Notes: a model not told the origin generated them from the sequence alone. A stretch of 64,000 bases of DNA from Kiritimatiellia bacterium (GCA_050949565.1 JBMNFY010000017.1:480001-544000), one strand, 5' to 3'. Numbered from the stretch's first letter, positions 47,431 through 57,417 are shown. Numbers and translations: made by a program.

Positions 47431-48813
47431 ATGAAACTGAAGAGACGTAACTTTATCGGACTCGCCCTGTCTTCGGGTGCTGCCATCGGCTTCCCGGCCA
47501 TTGTTTCAGCCCGATCCCCCAACAGCCGCCTCGTCCATGCGTGTATCGGTACAAACGGCATGGCTGGCGCGGACATGCGGACGTTCAACTCATTCAAGGA
47601 CATTTTAGAGGTCGGCGCGATCTGCGACGTAGACTCGCGCTCCCTTGAAGCGGCCAAGCAAGTCGTCCCGAATGCGCGCGTCTACCGCGACTGGCGCGAG
47701 CTACTGGAAAAGGAGGGCGACCGGATCGACAGCGTGAATGTCTCAACGCCCGACCACACACACACGATCATAGCGGCCAACGCGTTGGCGCGCGGCAAGC
47801 ACGTCTACGTCCAAAAGCCGCTCTGCAAGAAACTGGACGAGTGCCGCCTGCTGCGGCGTCTCGCCGCCGAAAAAGGTGTCGTGACTCAGTTGGGCACGCA
47901 GTTTGCCGCCCACCTCGGTGACCGACAGACCGTGGAGTTTTTGAAGACAGGTGCCATCGGCCCTGTCAAACGTGTGTGTCTGTATTCCACGCGCAACGGT
48001 GTCTCGCGCCGCGAACGTGTCTTGAAACCTGCGGCGGCGGTTCCCGACACACTCGATTGGGAGGGATGGATCGGCCCCGCGCCGATGCGCGACTATGCCC
48101 CCGGTTACCATCCCACGCTCTGGCGTATGTGGCGTGACTTCGGCTCGGGCTGGATCGGCGACCTTTGCATCCACGTGATCAGCGCGCCGTGGATCGGCAT
48201 GGAACTCGGCCAGACAGCGCCGCTCGCCGTGCAGGCCAAGGTGAATCCTGAGTTCCATTCGGATCCCGTTTACCGGCAAGCTTGGCCGCGTTACTCGCAC
48301 ATCACATGGGAGTTCCCCGGCGTTGCGGCCTCGGGTGGTAAACCATTCGTCATGGAATGGTGTTCCGGCATCGCGGAGGATAAGACCGTGACGCCCGAGT
48401 TTTTGCCGCCGGCCGCTTATGATGAACTTTTCGCAAAGACGCCTCTCAAGACGCGTTCCCCCGAAGGCCGTGTCATCGAGGGCGAAAAAGGTTGGATCCT
48501 CGCACCCCACAGCGACTCGGCAACGATGGTGCTGTTACGTGACGGCACAGTGATCCGGCCGCCGAAGCTCGACAGAGTCCCCTCTCACCACCACGAATTT
48601 GTCAATAAATGCCGTGAAGGCGGCAAGACACGCAGCGACTTCTCGTGGACAACCTGGATGATGGAGACCGTTGTCATGGGCGGCGTCTGTGAACAACTGC
48701 CCGATCGCCGCTTCACTTGGAATGTGGCCAAAGCCTGCTTTGATAATGCGCCGGACGCCAACGCGCTTCTGAAAAGCAATTACCGCGCAGGCTGGGAACT
48801 TAAAGGGCTCTGA
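47431..48813 (+). CDS. Tat-exported Gfo/Idh/MocA oxidoreductase
   Basis: KRRNFIG; STPDHTH; QKPL; GDLCIH; start at ATG 47431. Confidence 0.9.
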   Translation: MKLKRRNFIGLALSSGAAIGFPAIVSARSPNSRLVHACIGTNGMAGADMRTFNSFKDILEVGAICDVDSRSLEAAKQVVPNARVYRDWRELLEKEGDRIDSVNVSTPDHTHTIIAANALARGKHVYVQKPLCKKLDECRLLRRLAAEKGVVTQLGTQFAAHLGDRQTVEFLKTGAIGPVKRVCLYSTRNGVSRRERVLKPAAAVPDTLDWEGWIGPAPMRDYAPGYHPTLWRMWRDFGSGWIGDLCIHVISAPWIGMELGQTAPLAVQAKVNPEFHSDPVYRQAWPRYSHITWEFPGVAASGGKPFVMEWCSGIAEDKTVTPEFLPPAAYDELFAKTPLKTRSPEGRVIEGEKGWILAPHSDSATMVLLRDGTVIRPPKLDRVPSHHHEFVNKCREGGKTRSDFSWTTWMMETVVMGGVCEQLPDRRFTWNVAKACFDNAPDANALLKSNYRAGWELKGL

Positions 48814-49958
48814 GAGTTATTCGCTTTCTCTTGCAGCCACTTCACGGCTGGCGGAAAGCCTTGCCGTGCTGATTTTTCGATCCATGTTGCGGCGACTGCG
48901 ACATCTGCGGCCGTGCCCTGACCGGACGCCAGCATCAGTCCCAGCCTGAACTGCGCCCCCGCATGCCCTTGATCGGCGGCCTTGCGGAACCAAGCCTGCG
49001 CCTCGGCGAAACTTTGCTCGACGCCAATGCCCTTGTAGTAGGCCGCACCGAGATTGCTCTGGCCGTCATCGCAGCCGCGCTCCGCCGACTTGCGGAACCA
49101 AGCGACGGCCTGCGCGTCATCACGCGGCATGGCCTCGCCGCGACTCGCCATCACGCCGAGATTGGACATCGCCAGTGCGTTGTCCTGCGCTGCGGCGCGC
49201 TCGAACCAGATGCGCGCCTCGTCGAATGACTGCGCGACGCCCCGGCCACGGTAGCGCGCAATCCCGAGTTGCGTCTGCGCGGTCGCATGGCCCTGCTCGG
49301 CCGCCTTGCTGTACCAACGCACACTCTCCGTATCATTCTGCGCCACCACGTAGCCCTTTTGATACATGAGGCCCAATGCCACCTGTGCCGTTTCGTCGCC
49401 CTGATCCGCTGCACGTTTCAGCCACACCACGCCCGCCTCCGGATCGCGCACGCTGCTGCTTTGCGAGAGTAGCAACGCGCCTAGACTCGCCTGCGATGAC
49501 GCATGCCCCTGCCGGGCGGCCTTGGCCAACCACTGCTCAGCTTGGCGCTCATCGATCGACACGTCACCGGGCATGCCCTTCATGTACAGGAGCCCAAGCG
49601 CTGCCTGCGCTTTTAGATACCCGTTCTCACCAGACTTCCGCAACCACGCCAAGCCTTCGCCCACGTTGCGCGGCAAACCTTCGCCATACAGCAACGAGAA
49701 CCCCAGCGTATACTGCGCCGCCGCATCGCCAGCCTCCGCGCCCGCTTTCAGCGCATCATCCGCTGTCACCTCGGCGCGCCGCGACCAAGGCGGCCAACCC
49801 CACGACCACCTCCCCGTCTCCGATGTCCGCAGATGCGTACAGCCGCACAGGCTTACCAGCAAAGTGATCCACAGCGCCCGATGTACATGACGGAGCGTAC
49901 ACGTAGACAGGGCGACAACACCCACGAAAGTGGAATTTATTCTCGGGACAAAGCACAT
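48780..49958 (-). CDS. Sel1-repeat protein, possible lipoprotein
   Basis: Repeated AQ..LG..Y..G.G....A..W..KAA.QG; SLCGC lipobox-like. Confidence 0.9.
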   Translation of the reverse strand: MCFVPRINSTFVGVVALSTCTLRHVHRALWITLLVSLCGCTHLRTSETGRWSWGWPPWSRRAEVTADDALKAGAEAGDAAAQYTLGFSLLYGEGLPRNVGEGLAWLRKSGENGYLKAQAALGLLYMKGMPGDVSIDERQAEQWLAKAARQGHASSQASLGALLLSQSSSVRDPEAGVVWLKRAADQGDETAQVALGLMYQKGYVVAQNDTESVRWYSKAAEQGHATAQTQLGIARYRGRGVAQSFDEARIWFERAAAQDNALAMSNLGVMASRGEAMPRDDAQAVAWFRKSAERGCDDGQSNLGAAYYKGIGVEQSFAEAQAWFRKAADQGHAGAQFRLGLMLASGQGTAADVAVAATWIEKSARQGFPPAVKWLQEKANNSQSPLSSQPAR

Positions 49959-50224
49959 GAATGCCTGTCACTTTACACCAAAACGGGCATTGCCGCAATA
50001 GCCATGCAATTCGGTTTCGCAACCGCGACTGAATCGCACCAAGGAAAATTTAGGAGTTTGGATAAAGCCTGACCCCAAAAAACCTTCGTGTGGAAAAAAC
50101 CGAGCAACGCCACCCTGTCAACTTACCGGTTGTTCCGGCGTTGGGCTTTCCCTTAGTCATAAACCCTGTTATGATCGTTCTGTTTTGTGATCCGTAACCG
50201 ATCCTGTGCAAAGGAGCTTAACCC

Positions 50225-52555
50225 ATGAATACACGTCTCGTTTTTTCTTTCGTTGCATGCATGCTTCTCACGGCAGTGATAGAAGCGCGTCCCGTTTGGA
50301 AGGCCCCGGCGCCCGATGCCCAAAGCGTGGTGACGAAGCTTGGCGACGGTACGGAACTGCGCGTCGATGTGCTGGCCGACAACCTCTTCCGTGTGCGTAA
50401 GAGCTGGACCCACCTCAACGGCGCGGTGGTCTGGACCGAGAGCGGACTGAATCGCTACGGGTTCCTGAAGGCCGATTGGCCAAAGACCGCGTTCACGCGT
50501 GAAGGCTCCGCCGTGTCCACAAAGTCGGCCACGCTGACGGTCGATCCGGCGGCGGGGACGCTGCGCTTCAAGTCGAACATTTCTGCGGCAGACTTGACAG
50601 TCACGCCGAAGAATGTCGGCAAGGGGTTCGCGGTCGCGTTCAGCCTCGCGAAGGACGAGCGGATCTATGGCTTCGGCGACTCGGGGCGCGACAACGTGAT
50701 GCGGCGCGGTCACCGTTTCGATCTGTGGGTTCGCAACAACCTCTGCAACATCCCGATCCCGATGGCGGTGAGCCGCAACGGATGGGGCATGCTCCTTAAC
50801 AGCACATGGCGGCACGCGTTTGATTGCGGTGCGAAAGACCCCGATGCATTGATCTGTGAAGGGAATGAAGGCGATGTCGACTTCTACATCTTCGCGGGCG
50901 GGGACTACCGCGCGCTGCTCGATATCTACACGCAGCTCTCGGGGCGCCCGGCGCTGTTGCCGGTCTGGGGATACGGGTTCACCTTCGTGTGCAACCAGAA
51001 TGTGGATCAGTTCGCGCTCTTGAGCGACGCCATGAACTTCCGCGACCGCGACCTGCCGTGCGATGTCATCGGGCTCGAACCGGGCTGGATGCAGACCTTT
51101 TACGATTTTTCCGTGCGGAAGGAGTGGCATCAGGAGCGGTTCTATTTTCCGTACTGGGCGCCGAAGGGTGACCACACGTTCATCGGTGCGCTGAAGCGGA
51201 TCGGCTTCAAACTCTCGTTGTGGCTGTGCTGCGATTATGACCTCACGCGATACGAGGAGCAGTGCGTGGCGGGTCTTGCCAAAAAAAGCGGGCGGAAGGT
51301 TGATGTGCCGGAGGGTATCACGGAGACGTGGGAGGATGACCGAATTGTCGGCGACGCGGAAAAGAAGGATGAGAAGACGAAGCGGAAGTCTGTCCACAAG
51401 AACAGGATGTATGACCGTCTCTACTGCCCCGAGAACGACTATGAGGAGGGCATGTTGCCGTGGTTCGAGCACCTCAAGAAGTTCGTAGACCAAGGGGCGC
51501 AATGCTTCAAGCTGGATGGATCCCAACAGCTCATGGAGCACCCGAACCGCGCGTGGGCGAACGGTATGAGCGACGAGGAGATGCACAACCTTTACGGCGA
51601 CGTGTACGCCAAGCAGATGGCGCGCGGTTACGAGGACTACACAGGACAGCGGGCGATGGTCTACTCCTCCGGCGGCTACGCAGGTGTGCAGCAGTTCGTT
51701 GCCACATGGGCCGGTGACACAGGCGGCGGGGCGAAGCCGCTCGCGTCGTTGCTGAATCTCGGCATCTCGGGCCATTCCAACCAAAGCTGCGACATGACGA
51801 TCGGAAATATCGAGTCCCTGCACTTTGGATTCCTTCAGACATGGAGCCAGCAGAACAACTGGGATTACTGGCAACAGCCGTGGCTCTATCCGCCGGAGAA
51901 GGTAGCTGTGTTCAGGGCCTACAACCATTTGCGTTACCGTCTCATGCCCTACCTCTACACAACGGCGGCCGAAGCCGCGCGCACCGGGTGGCCCGTGATG
52001 CGCGCACTGCCGTTCGCCTATCCCGATGTCCCGGCATACGATGCGTGCGTAACCACCTACCTGCTGGGGCCAGACCTGCTTGTTTCCGCTTTCACGAAGG
52101 AGATCCAGATCCCCGAAGGGTTGTGGCACGACTGGAAAACGGGCGAGTTGGTGACCGGCCCTTGCAAACGTGCGGTCAAGGTGACGCCGGAGTGGGGCGG
52201 CAGCCTGTTTGTGCGCGCGGGCGCGGTGATCCCGATGTGGGAGAAGAAAGCGCATGTGGACAAAGGCTGGGACGAGATGGTCGAACTGCATGTGTGGATG
52301 GGTGCCGACGGCAAGGGCGACCTCTACGAAGATGACGGCATCTCCCTCGACTACCGTTCGGGCAAGGGCGCGCAGACGACATGCACCTTCAAAGACGGCG
52401 CGTTATCAGTCGGCCCGCGCGTCGGAAGCTTCAAGGGCATGCCGGCCACACGCAAAATGAAGGCCGTCTTTCACAAGACGAACACGCTGGAGACCGTGAC
52501 GGTCGACCTCGGTGATGTCGGCGCTAAGGGAGCTGCTCCCGTCCGGTGTCCGTGA
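50225..52555 (+). CDS. GH31 alpha-glycosidase
   Basis: LSGRPALLPVW.YG, RDLPCDVI, WAGD, LRYRLMPYLY, P.FVRAG-like motif, LYEDDG. Confidence 0.9.
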   Translation: MNTRLVFSFVACMLLTAVIEARPVWKAPAPDAQSVVTKLGDGTELRVDVLADNLFRVRKSWTHLNGAVVWTESGLNRYGFLKADWPKTAFTREGSAVSTKSATLTVDPAAGTLRFKSNISAADLTVTPKNVGKGFAVAFSLAKDERIYGFGDSGRDNVMRRGHRFDLWVRNNLCNIPIPMAVSRNGWGMLLNSTWRHAFDCGAKDPDALICEGNEGDVDFYIFAGGDYRALLDIYTQLSGRPALLPVWGYGFTFVCNQNVDQFALLSDAMNFRDRDLPCDVIGLEPGWMQTFYDFSVRKEWHQERFYFPYWAPKGDHTFIGALKRIGFKLSLWLCCDYDLTRYEEQCVAGLAKKSGRKVDVPEGITETWEDDRIVGDAEKKDEKTKRKSVHKNRMYDRLYCPENDYEEGMLPWFEHLKKFVDQGAQCFKLDGSQQLMEHPNRAWANGMSDEEMHNLYGDVYAKQMARGYEDYTGQRAMVYSSGGYAGVQQFVATWAGDTGGGAKPLASLLNLGISGHSNQSCDMTIGNIESLHFGFLQTWSQQNNWDYWQQPWLYPPEKVAVFRAYNHLRYRLMPYLYTTAAEAARTGWPVMRALPFAYPDVPAYDACVTTYLLGPDLLVSAFTKEIQIPEGLWHDWKTGELVTGPCKRAVKVTPEWGGSLFVRAGAVIPMWEKKAHVDKGWDEMVELHVWMGADGKGDLYEDDGISLDYRSGKGAQTTCTFKDGALSVGPRVGSFKGMPATRKMKAVFHKTNTLETVTVDLGDVGAKGAAPVRCP

Positions 52556-53408
52556 GATAAAGCTGCGCATCAAGCGCGGCGCGCATAGCGGCGGTGTCTG
52601 CGTCGCGGCCGGTCCACTCGCGGAATGCCGCCGCGCCTTGATACACCAGCATGCCCGCGCCGTTGACCGCATCCGCGCCGGCGGCAAGGGCTGAGCGCAT
52701 CGTGGGCGTGACGCGCTGCGTATAGACGATGTCGTAGAGGAACTGGCCACGCCGGAAGGCTTCGGGCGGCAACAGCGGCGCGTCATCGGCATGCAGCCCG
52801 GTGGTCGTACACTGCACCACCAGATCGGCCTCCCGGCAGGCCGCGCTCCACGCCGCAGGCTCTGACGCGAGTACGCGGATCTCGGCCGGTGCATCGGGCA
52901 GGTGTTCGGCGATCTCTACCGCCACTTGCTCAGCCTTGGCCAGTGTCCGGTTGGCCAGCGCGATCTCGGCGGCCCCGCAGTGTGCACAGGCAATCGCCAA
53001 TGTGCGGCCAGCGCCGCCACATCCAAGAATCATCACACGCGCCGCCTCGGGCGAGCGGCGGTAGTTCACAGCAAGATCCTCAAGAAAACCCTCTGCGTCG
53101 GTGTTGACGCCGGTAAGTCCGGCGGCATCGATGCGCACCGTGTTCACGGCACCGTAGAGACGTGCTGAGGCATCGAGATGATCCATCCCGTCCAACACGG
53201 CCGTCTTGTGAGGAACCGTCACATTCAAGCCGGCATAGCCCTCCCGTCGGCACGTCGCCAGGCATGCGCCCAGTGCCTCGGGCGCGACATCCATGCAGTC
53301 ATACGACGCATCGATGCCGAGCGCCCGAAACGAGGCCTCGTGCATGACCGGCGAAAGCGAGTGCTTCACCGGATGACCGAGCAGCGCAAACCGGAGCGAC
53401 GGGGACAT
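52524..53408 (-). CDS. aroE: Shikimate dehydrogenase
   Basis: HSLSP.MH, NVTVPHK, GAVNT, NTD, GCGGAG, ANRT, ML.YQG. Confidence 0.95.
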   Translation of the reverse strand: MSPSLRFALLGHPVKHSLSPVMHEASFRALGIDASYDCMDVAPEALGACLATCRREGYAGLNVTVPHKTAVLDGMDHLDASARLYGAVNTVRIDAAGLTGVNTDAEGFLEDLAVNYRRSPEAARVMILGCGGAGRTLAIACAHCGAAEIALANRTLAKAEQVAVEIAEHLPDAPAEIRVLASEPAAWSAACREADLVVQCTTTGLHADDAPLLPPEAFRRGQFLYDIVYTQRVTPTMRSALAAGADAVNGAGMLVYQGAAAFREWTGRDADTAAMRAALDAQLYLTDTGREQLP

Positions 53409-53415
53409 GGCGGCA

Positions 53416-53919
53416 TCACCCTTTCGCGGCGGACGCCCCCGGCGCCTCGCGTCCTACTGCGATCACGCCAGTGCGCGAGATATCCACAATGGAATAGGGC
53501 TTCATCAAGCACAAGAAGTCGGCCACAGTCTCCTGATTGCCGACCATCTGGATCGTCACCGAGTCCTCTTGCACGGACACCACATGTCCCCTGAAGAGCG
53601 CTGCCAGATCCACGATCTCGGCGCGCGCGTTGTGGCTCTCGGTCGCGACGCGCACCAGAATCAATTCACGATCCAAGTGGCGGCGATTGGTCATGTTCAC
53701 CACTTCGATCACATCAATCTGCTTGGACAACTGATGAGTCACCTGCTCAATGACGTGGCTGTCTCCCGGCACCACGATCGTCATCTTGGAGACGGTCGGG
53801 TCCTCGGTGGGCCCCACATTGAGCGTTTCGATATTGTAGCCGCGCCCCGAGATCAACCCCACAATACGCGCCAGCACGCCGGGTTGGTTCTCCACAAGAC
53901 AATTGATGATATGCTTCAT
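53416..53919 (-). CDS. ilvN: Acetolactate synthase small subunit (alternative start 53928)
   Basis: VENQPGVLARI.GL.SGRGYNI, RELILV, SRTG. Confidence 0.93.
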   Translation of the reverse strand: MKHIINCLVENQPGVLARIVGLISGRGYNIETLNVGPTEDPTVSKMTIVVPGDSHVIEQVTHQLSKQIDVIEVVNMTNRRHLDRELILVRVATESHNARAEIVDLAALFRGHVVSVQEDSVTIQMVGNQETVADFLCLMKPYSIVDISRTGVIAVGREAPGASAAKG

Positions 53920-53968
53920 ACTTTTCATCCGGATGTTCGAACGTTAAAGACCTCAATCCCTTCGCCGC

Positions 53969-55732
53969 CTACACCGTGCGGTTGATGATCTCCGCCACAT
54001 GCGCACCGGGCGGGATCATAGGGAACACGTTGGCCTCGGGTGCTACGATGCACTCGATCACCCACGTTTTGCCGCTGGCCAACGCTTCGCGCAAGGCCGG
54101 GCCAACCTCTTCTTCCTTAAAGACCCGCCGGGCACACGCGCCGTGCGCCTCGGCCATCTTGATGAAGTCCGGCAGATAGCCCGACGTCTCCGCAACCTGT
54201 TCGTTGGGTGCGCGGCCCTTCTGGCTAAGCACCACGCCCGAGTAGCGGCGATCGTAAAACAATTCCTGCCACTGGCGCACCATGCCGAGGAACCCGTTGT
54301 TAAGGATGACCACCACGACCGGTATCTGATGCTCCACCGCCACCACGAGTTCCTGAAAGTTCATCTGCACGCCGCCGTCGCCGGTCACACAGACCACAGG
54401 CGCGCCGCGCCGCCCGAACTGCGCACCAATCGCGGCCGGCAACCCGAAGCCCATCGTGCCGAGGCCACCTGATGTAATGAAGTTGCGCGGACGCGTGTAG
54501 CGGAAAAACTGCGCAGCCCACATCTGGTTCTGGCCCACGTCGGTCACCACCACTGCCTTGCCCTCACTGACCGCATCGATTTGCTCGATCACGAACTGCG
54601 GCATCAGCGCATCATCATTCTTCGGGTAGGTGAACGGGAAGCGCTCCTTCCAGCGGTTCACCTTCTCAAGCCATTCGGTGTGCTCGGCCGGCTTCACGAG
54701 CGGCAACACCGCCTCCAGCACCGGCTTGACATAACCATGCACGCCGAGGTCGGAGCGCACGCTCTTGCTGATTGAAGAGCGGTCGATATCGATGTGCACG
54801 ATGGTCGCTTTGTTCGCAAATGCCGAGATCTTGCCGGTCACCCGGTCGTCGAAACGTGCACCGGCCGCGATCAGCAGATCGCAATGATCCACCGCATAGT
54901 TGGCGGCCACGCTGCCGTGCATGCCTAACATGTGGAGCGAGAGCGGATCGGTCTCCGGGAAAACACCGAGCGCCATGAGCGTCGTGGTCACGGGAATGTT
55001 GGCCTTGTGCGCTAACTGCGCGAGCGCCTCAGCCGCATTGCCGCTGATCGCGCCACCGCCCACGTAAAGCAGCGGCCGCGATGCGTTGTTAATCAACTCG
55101 GCAAACTGCGCGATCTCCGCCTCGTTGATTGGCACATCAGGACGGTAGGAGCGCATGGTCACTGTCTCGGGCGTCAGTGCCGCCGTCATCTGCTTCTGGA
55201 CGTTCTTGGGGATGTCGATCACCACGGGACCGGGCTTGCCTGTCGTGGCGATATAGAAGGCTTTGGCGATGATACCGGGCAGATCGTCCGCACTGCGCAC
55301 AAGGAAGTTATGCTTGGTGACCGGACGCGTGATGCCAATCACGTCGGCTTCCTGAAAGGCGTCATTGCCGATCATGTCGAGCGCCACCTGTCCGGTGATA
55401 CACACCAACGGAACGCCATCCATATAGGCGGTGGCCAGACCGGTCACGGTATTGGTGGCACCGGGCCCCGAGGTCACCAGACAGCACCCCGGCTTGCCGG
55501 TGGCGCGAGCGTAACCGTCCGCCATATGCACAGCGCCCTGCTCGTGGCGCGAGAGAACGAAGTTGAACGGTGCCTCGTAGAGACAGTTGAAGATATCGAG
55601 GACCGCGCCTCCAGGATACCCGAAGAGCACCTCGCACCCCGCCTTAATGAGCCCATCGACCACGCATTGCGCGCCCGACCTGAGTGGCTGCTTCTCTGCG
55701 GATGACATGTCTGTATCTGTCTTGTTCTTCAT
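53969..55732 (-). CDS. ilvB: Acetolactate synthase large subunit
   Basis: FGYPGG, RHEQ, TSGPG, RFDDR, GLGTMG, GDG, LGMVRQWQ. Confidence 0.96.
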   Translation of the reverse strand: MKNKTDTDMSSAEKQPLRSGAQCVVDGLIKAGCEVLFGYPGGAVLDIFNCLYEAPFNFVLSRHEQGAVHMADGYARATGKPGCCLVTSGPGATNTVTGLATAYMDGVPLVCITGQVALDMIGNDAFQEADVIGITRPVTKHNFLVRSADDLPGIIAKAFYIATTGKPGPVVIDIPKNVQKQMTAALTPETVTMRSYRPDVPINEAEIAQFAELINNASRPLLYVGGGAISGNAAEALAQLAHKANIPVTTTLMALGVFPETDPLSLHMLGMHGSVAANYAVDHCDLLIAAGARFDDRVTGKISAFANKATIVHIDIDRSSISKSVRSDLGVHGYVKPVLEAVLPLVKPAEHTEWLEKVNRWKERFPFTYPKNDDALMPQFVIEQIDAVSEGKAVVVTDVGQNQMWAAQFFRYTRPRNFITSGGLGTMGFGLPAAIGAQFGRRGAPVVCVTGDGGVQMNFQELVVAVEHQIPVVVVILNNGFLGMVRQWQELFYDRRYSGVVLSQKGRAPNEQVAETSGYLPDFIKMAEAHGACARRVFKEEEVGPALREALASGKTWVIECIVAPEANVFPMIPPGAHVAEIINRTV

Positions 55733-55765
55733 ACTTCCCTCACTTGCTTGCAGTCCCGAATACGC

Positions 55766-55797
55766 AAAAACCCGCCGCGGTTTCCGCCGGCGGGTTT
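55766..55797 (-). terminator. Attenuator terminator upstream of ilvB
   Basis: Minus strand AAACCCGCCG-GCGGAAACCG-CGGCGGGTTTTT. Confidence 0.85.
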
Positions 55798-55829
55798 CTG
55801 TTCACAAAAGCACTTATCCAGTTGCTCAG

Positions 55830-55928
55830 TTATGAACCCGCACGGCACGCCAACAATACAGCGCCCGTAACCAACCCGATAACGGGCAGGCCGTTCACAA
55901 CCACAATAATGGAACCTTGTGCTTTCAT
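55830..55928 (-). CDS. ilv leader peptide (32 aa)
   Basis: MKAQGSIIVVVNGLPVIGLVTGAVLLACRAGS*; its 3' GCGGGTT can pair with AACCCGC of the terminator. Confidence 0.85.
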   Translation of the reverse strand: MKAQGSIIVVVNGLPVIGLVTGAVLLACRAGS

Positions 55929-55939
55929 CAGTGTTGGGA

Positions 55940-55968
55940 ATGTTAGCGGATCATAGCCGGGGCGTCAA
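55940..55968 (-). promoter_or_regulatory. ilv promoter
   Basis: TTGACG-17bp-TAACAT, 11 nt upstream of the leader ATG. Confidence 0.7.
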
Positions 55969-55982
55969 GCGGACGAGAACAA

Positions 55983-56090
55983 TTTTCGGGTTTCAGGGTT
56001 TCAGGGCTTCAGGGCTGATGCCGGGGGTTGTCTTCTGGCCCAAAAATTTGGAGTGCGGCGGCAAGCGGTATTCCGCGCGACGCCGCTTTC
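55983..56090. repeat. (TTTCAGGG)n octamer array and TGGAGTGCGGCG-type REP
   Basis: Four octamers at 55983-56014; TTGGAGTGCGGCG...CGCCGCTTT. Confidence 0.65.
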
Positions 56091-56204
56091 CGAGCACGAG
56101 TGTTTCCGCGCGTAGCCCGGTGCCCATCCTCCCGCCCGTTTTTACACCCATCATTGCGACCACTGGGTGGTCGCAATAAGCCAACTCCGCCGCCGGGCGG
56201 CGGC

Positions 56205-57362
56205 TCAACGCTTTCTCTTCTTGCTCTTCTTACGAGACAGATCCAGAAAAGGCGCGCGCGACAATGCATGCTCCGGCAGCGCGTCAGCCTCAGGATCGAC
56301 TGGCTCGTCGTCGGTATGATCCGGCGGCACGTCAGCCGTCTCCCAGGCTCCTTTAGGGACTGGTTTGAGCAACTCCCACAGGCGCTGCTTGAAGGTGGCC
56401 ACGCCCGCATCACCGGGATCAAGCGCGGAGATCGGTAGCGGAGAGACGCCGGTTTCCTTGATGAAACGCGGCAGGTTGGTGACTGCCGCATCCTCGTCCA
56501 TCTTGTTGGCGAGCACCAAGGCGGGGCGTTCGAGCAACTCTGCGTCGTGCTGCTTAACCTCGTGACGTAGCGCGAAGTAATCATCCCAAGGCTTGCGGTT
56601 ATCCGTACCGGCCATGTCGATGACATAGACCAGCACACGCGAGCGGGCGATGTGTTTGAGGAAATCGGTGCCGAGCCCGACACCCGATGCCGCGCCCTCG
56701 ATGATACCGGGCACATCGGCCACGCGAAGCTGCGAAAAGTCCGGGTAGCAGATCGTGCCGACGATCGGGTTGAGTGTCGTGAACGGGTAACTGGCAATTT
56801 TCGGGCGGGCCGCGCTGACACACGCGAGCAACGAGGATTTGCCGGCGTTGGGGAAGCCGAGCAGGCCGGCATCCGCGACGGTCTTCAACTCTAGCCGCAG
56901 CCGGAACTCCTCGCCCGGCTCACCGGGCGTATATTCGGTCGGCGCCTGATGGGTCGAGGTTTTGAAATGAACGTTACCGAGGCCCCCCTCGCCGCCGCGC
57001 GCGATGATAACCTCTTGCCCGTCTTCCACGACATCCGCGACCAGTTCGTTCGTCTCGGCGTCAAAGACCGAGGTGCCGCACGGCACCGGCACGAGCAGGT
57101 CATCACCGGCACGCCCATACATTTTCTGGCCGCGCCCAGGCACACCGTCCTCGGCGAACAGCAGCGGGGAAAAGTAGAGCGCGACCAGAGAGTTGACGTC
57201 GTGACTACCGCGAAAAATCACATGGCCGCCGCGACCGCCGTCGCCGCCATCCGGACCACCCTCCGGCACGTACGCCTCACGCCGGAAGCTGTTGCTGCCG
57301 TCGCCGCCTTTGCCGGCCCGCACCTGGACTGTTACTTGGTCTATAAACGTACGTGTTTTCAC
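56205..57362 (-). CDS. obgE: GTPase ObgE
   Basis: Gly-rich Obg fold, GFPNAGKS, YPFTTL, DVPG, NKMD. Confidence 0.97.
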   Translation of the reverse strand: MKTRTFIDQVTVQVRAGKGGDGSNSFRREAYVPEGGPDGGDGGRGGHVIFRGSHDVNSLVALYFSPLLFAEDGVPGRGQKMYGRAGDDLLVPVPCGTSVFDAETNELVADVVEDGQEVIIARGGEGGLGNVHFKTSTHQAPTEYTPGEPGEEFRLRLELKTVADAGLLGFPNAGKSSLLACVSAARPKIASYPFTTLNPIVGTICYPDFSQLRVADVPGIIEGAASGVGLGTDFLKHIARSRVLVYVIDMAGTDNRKPWDDYFALRHEVKQHDAELLERPALVLANKMDEDAAVTNLPRFIKETGVSPLPISALDPGDAGVATFKQRLWELLKPVPKGAWETADVPPDHTDDEPVDPEADALPEHALSRAPFLDLSRKKSKKRKR

Positions 57363-57392
57363 GGTTTCACTTCACGCGTCCGCCCTAGACGC

Positions 57393-57417
57393 AAAACGGC
57401 ACCGCCAAGGGTGCCGT
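57393..57417 (-). terminator. Putative intrinsic terminator after rpmA
   Basis: ACGGCACC-CTTGGC-GGTGCCGT-TTT on the minus strand. Confidence 0.55.

Noticed and set aside
50153-52291. Long antisense ORFs (also 1039-2427, 15384-16604, 29285-30448, 30677-31912, 34085-35146, 39111-40568, 62265-63329)
   Set aside because: Shadow frames of well-supported genes caused by GC-rich codon bias; no recognisable motifs
48780-52555. Convergent 3' overlaps of ~30 bp (oxidoreductase/Sel1 and GH31/aroE) as a regulatory system
   Set aside because: Short tail overlaps are common in GC-rich genomes; nothing further supports a function
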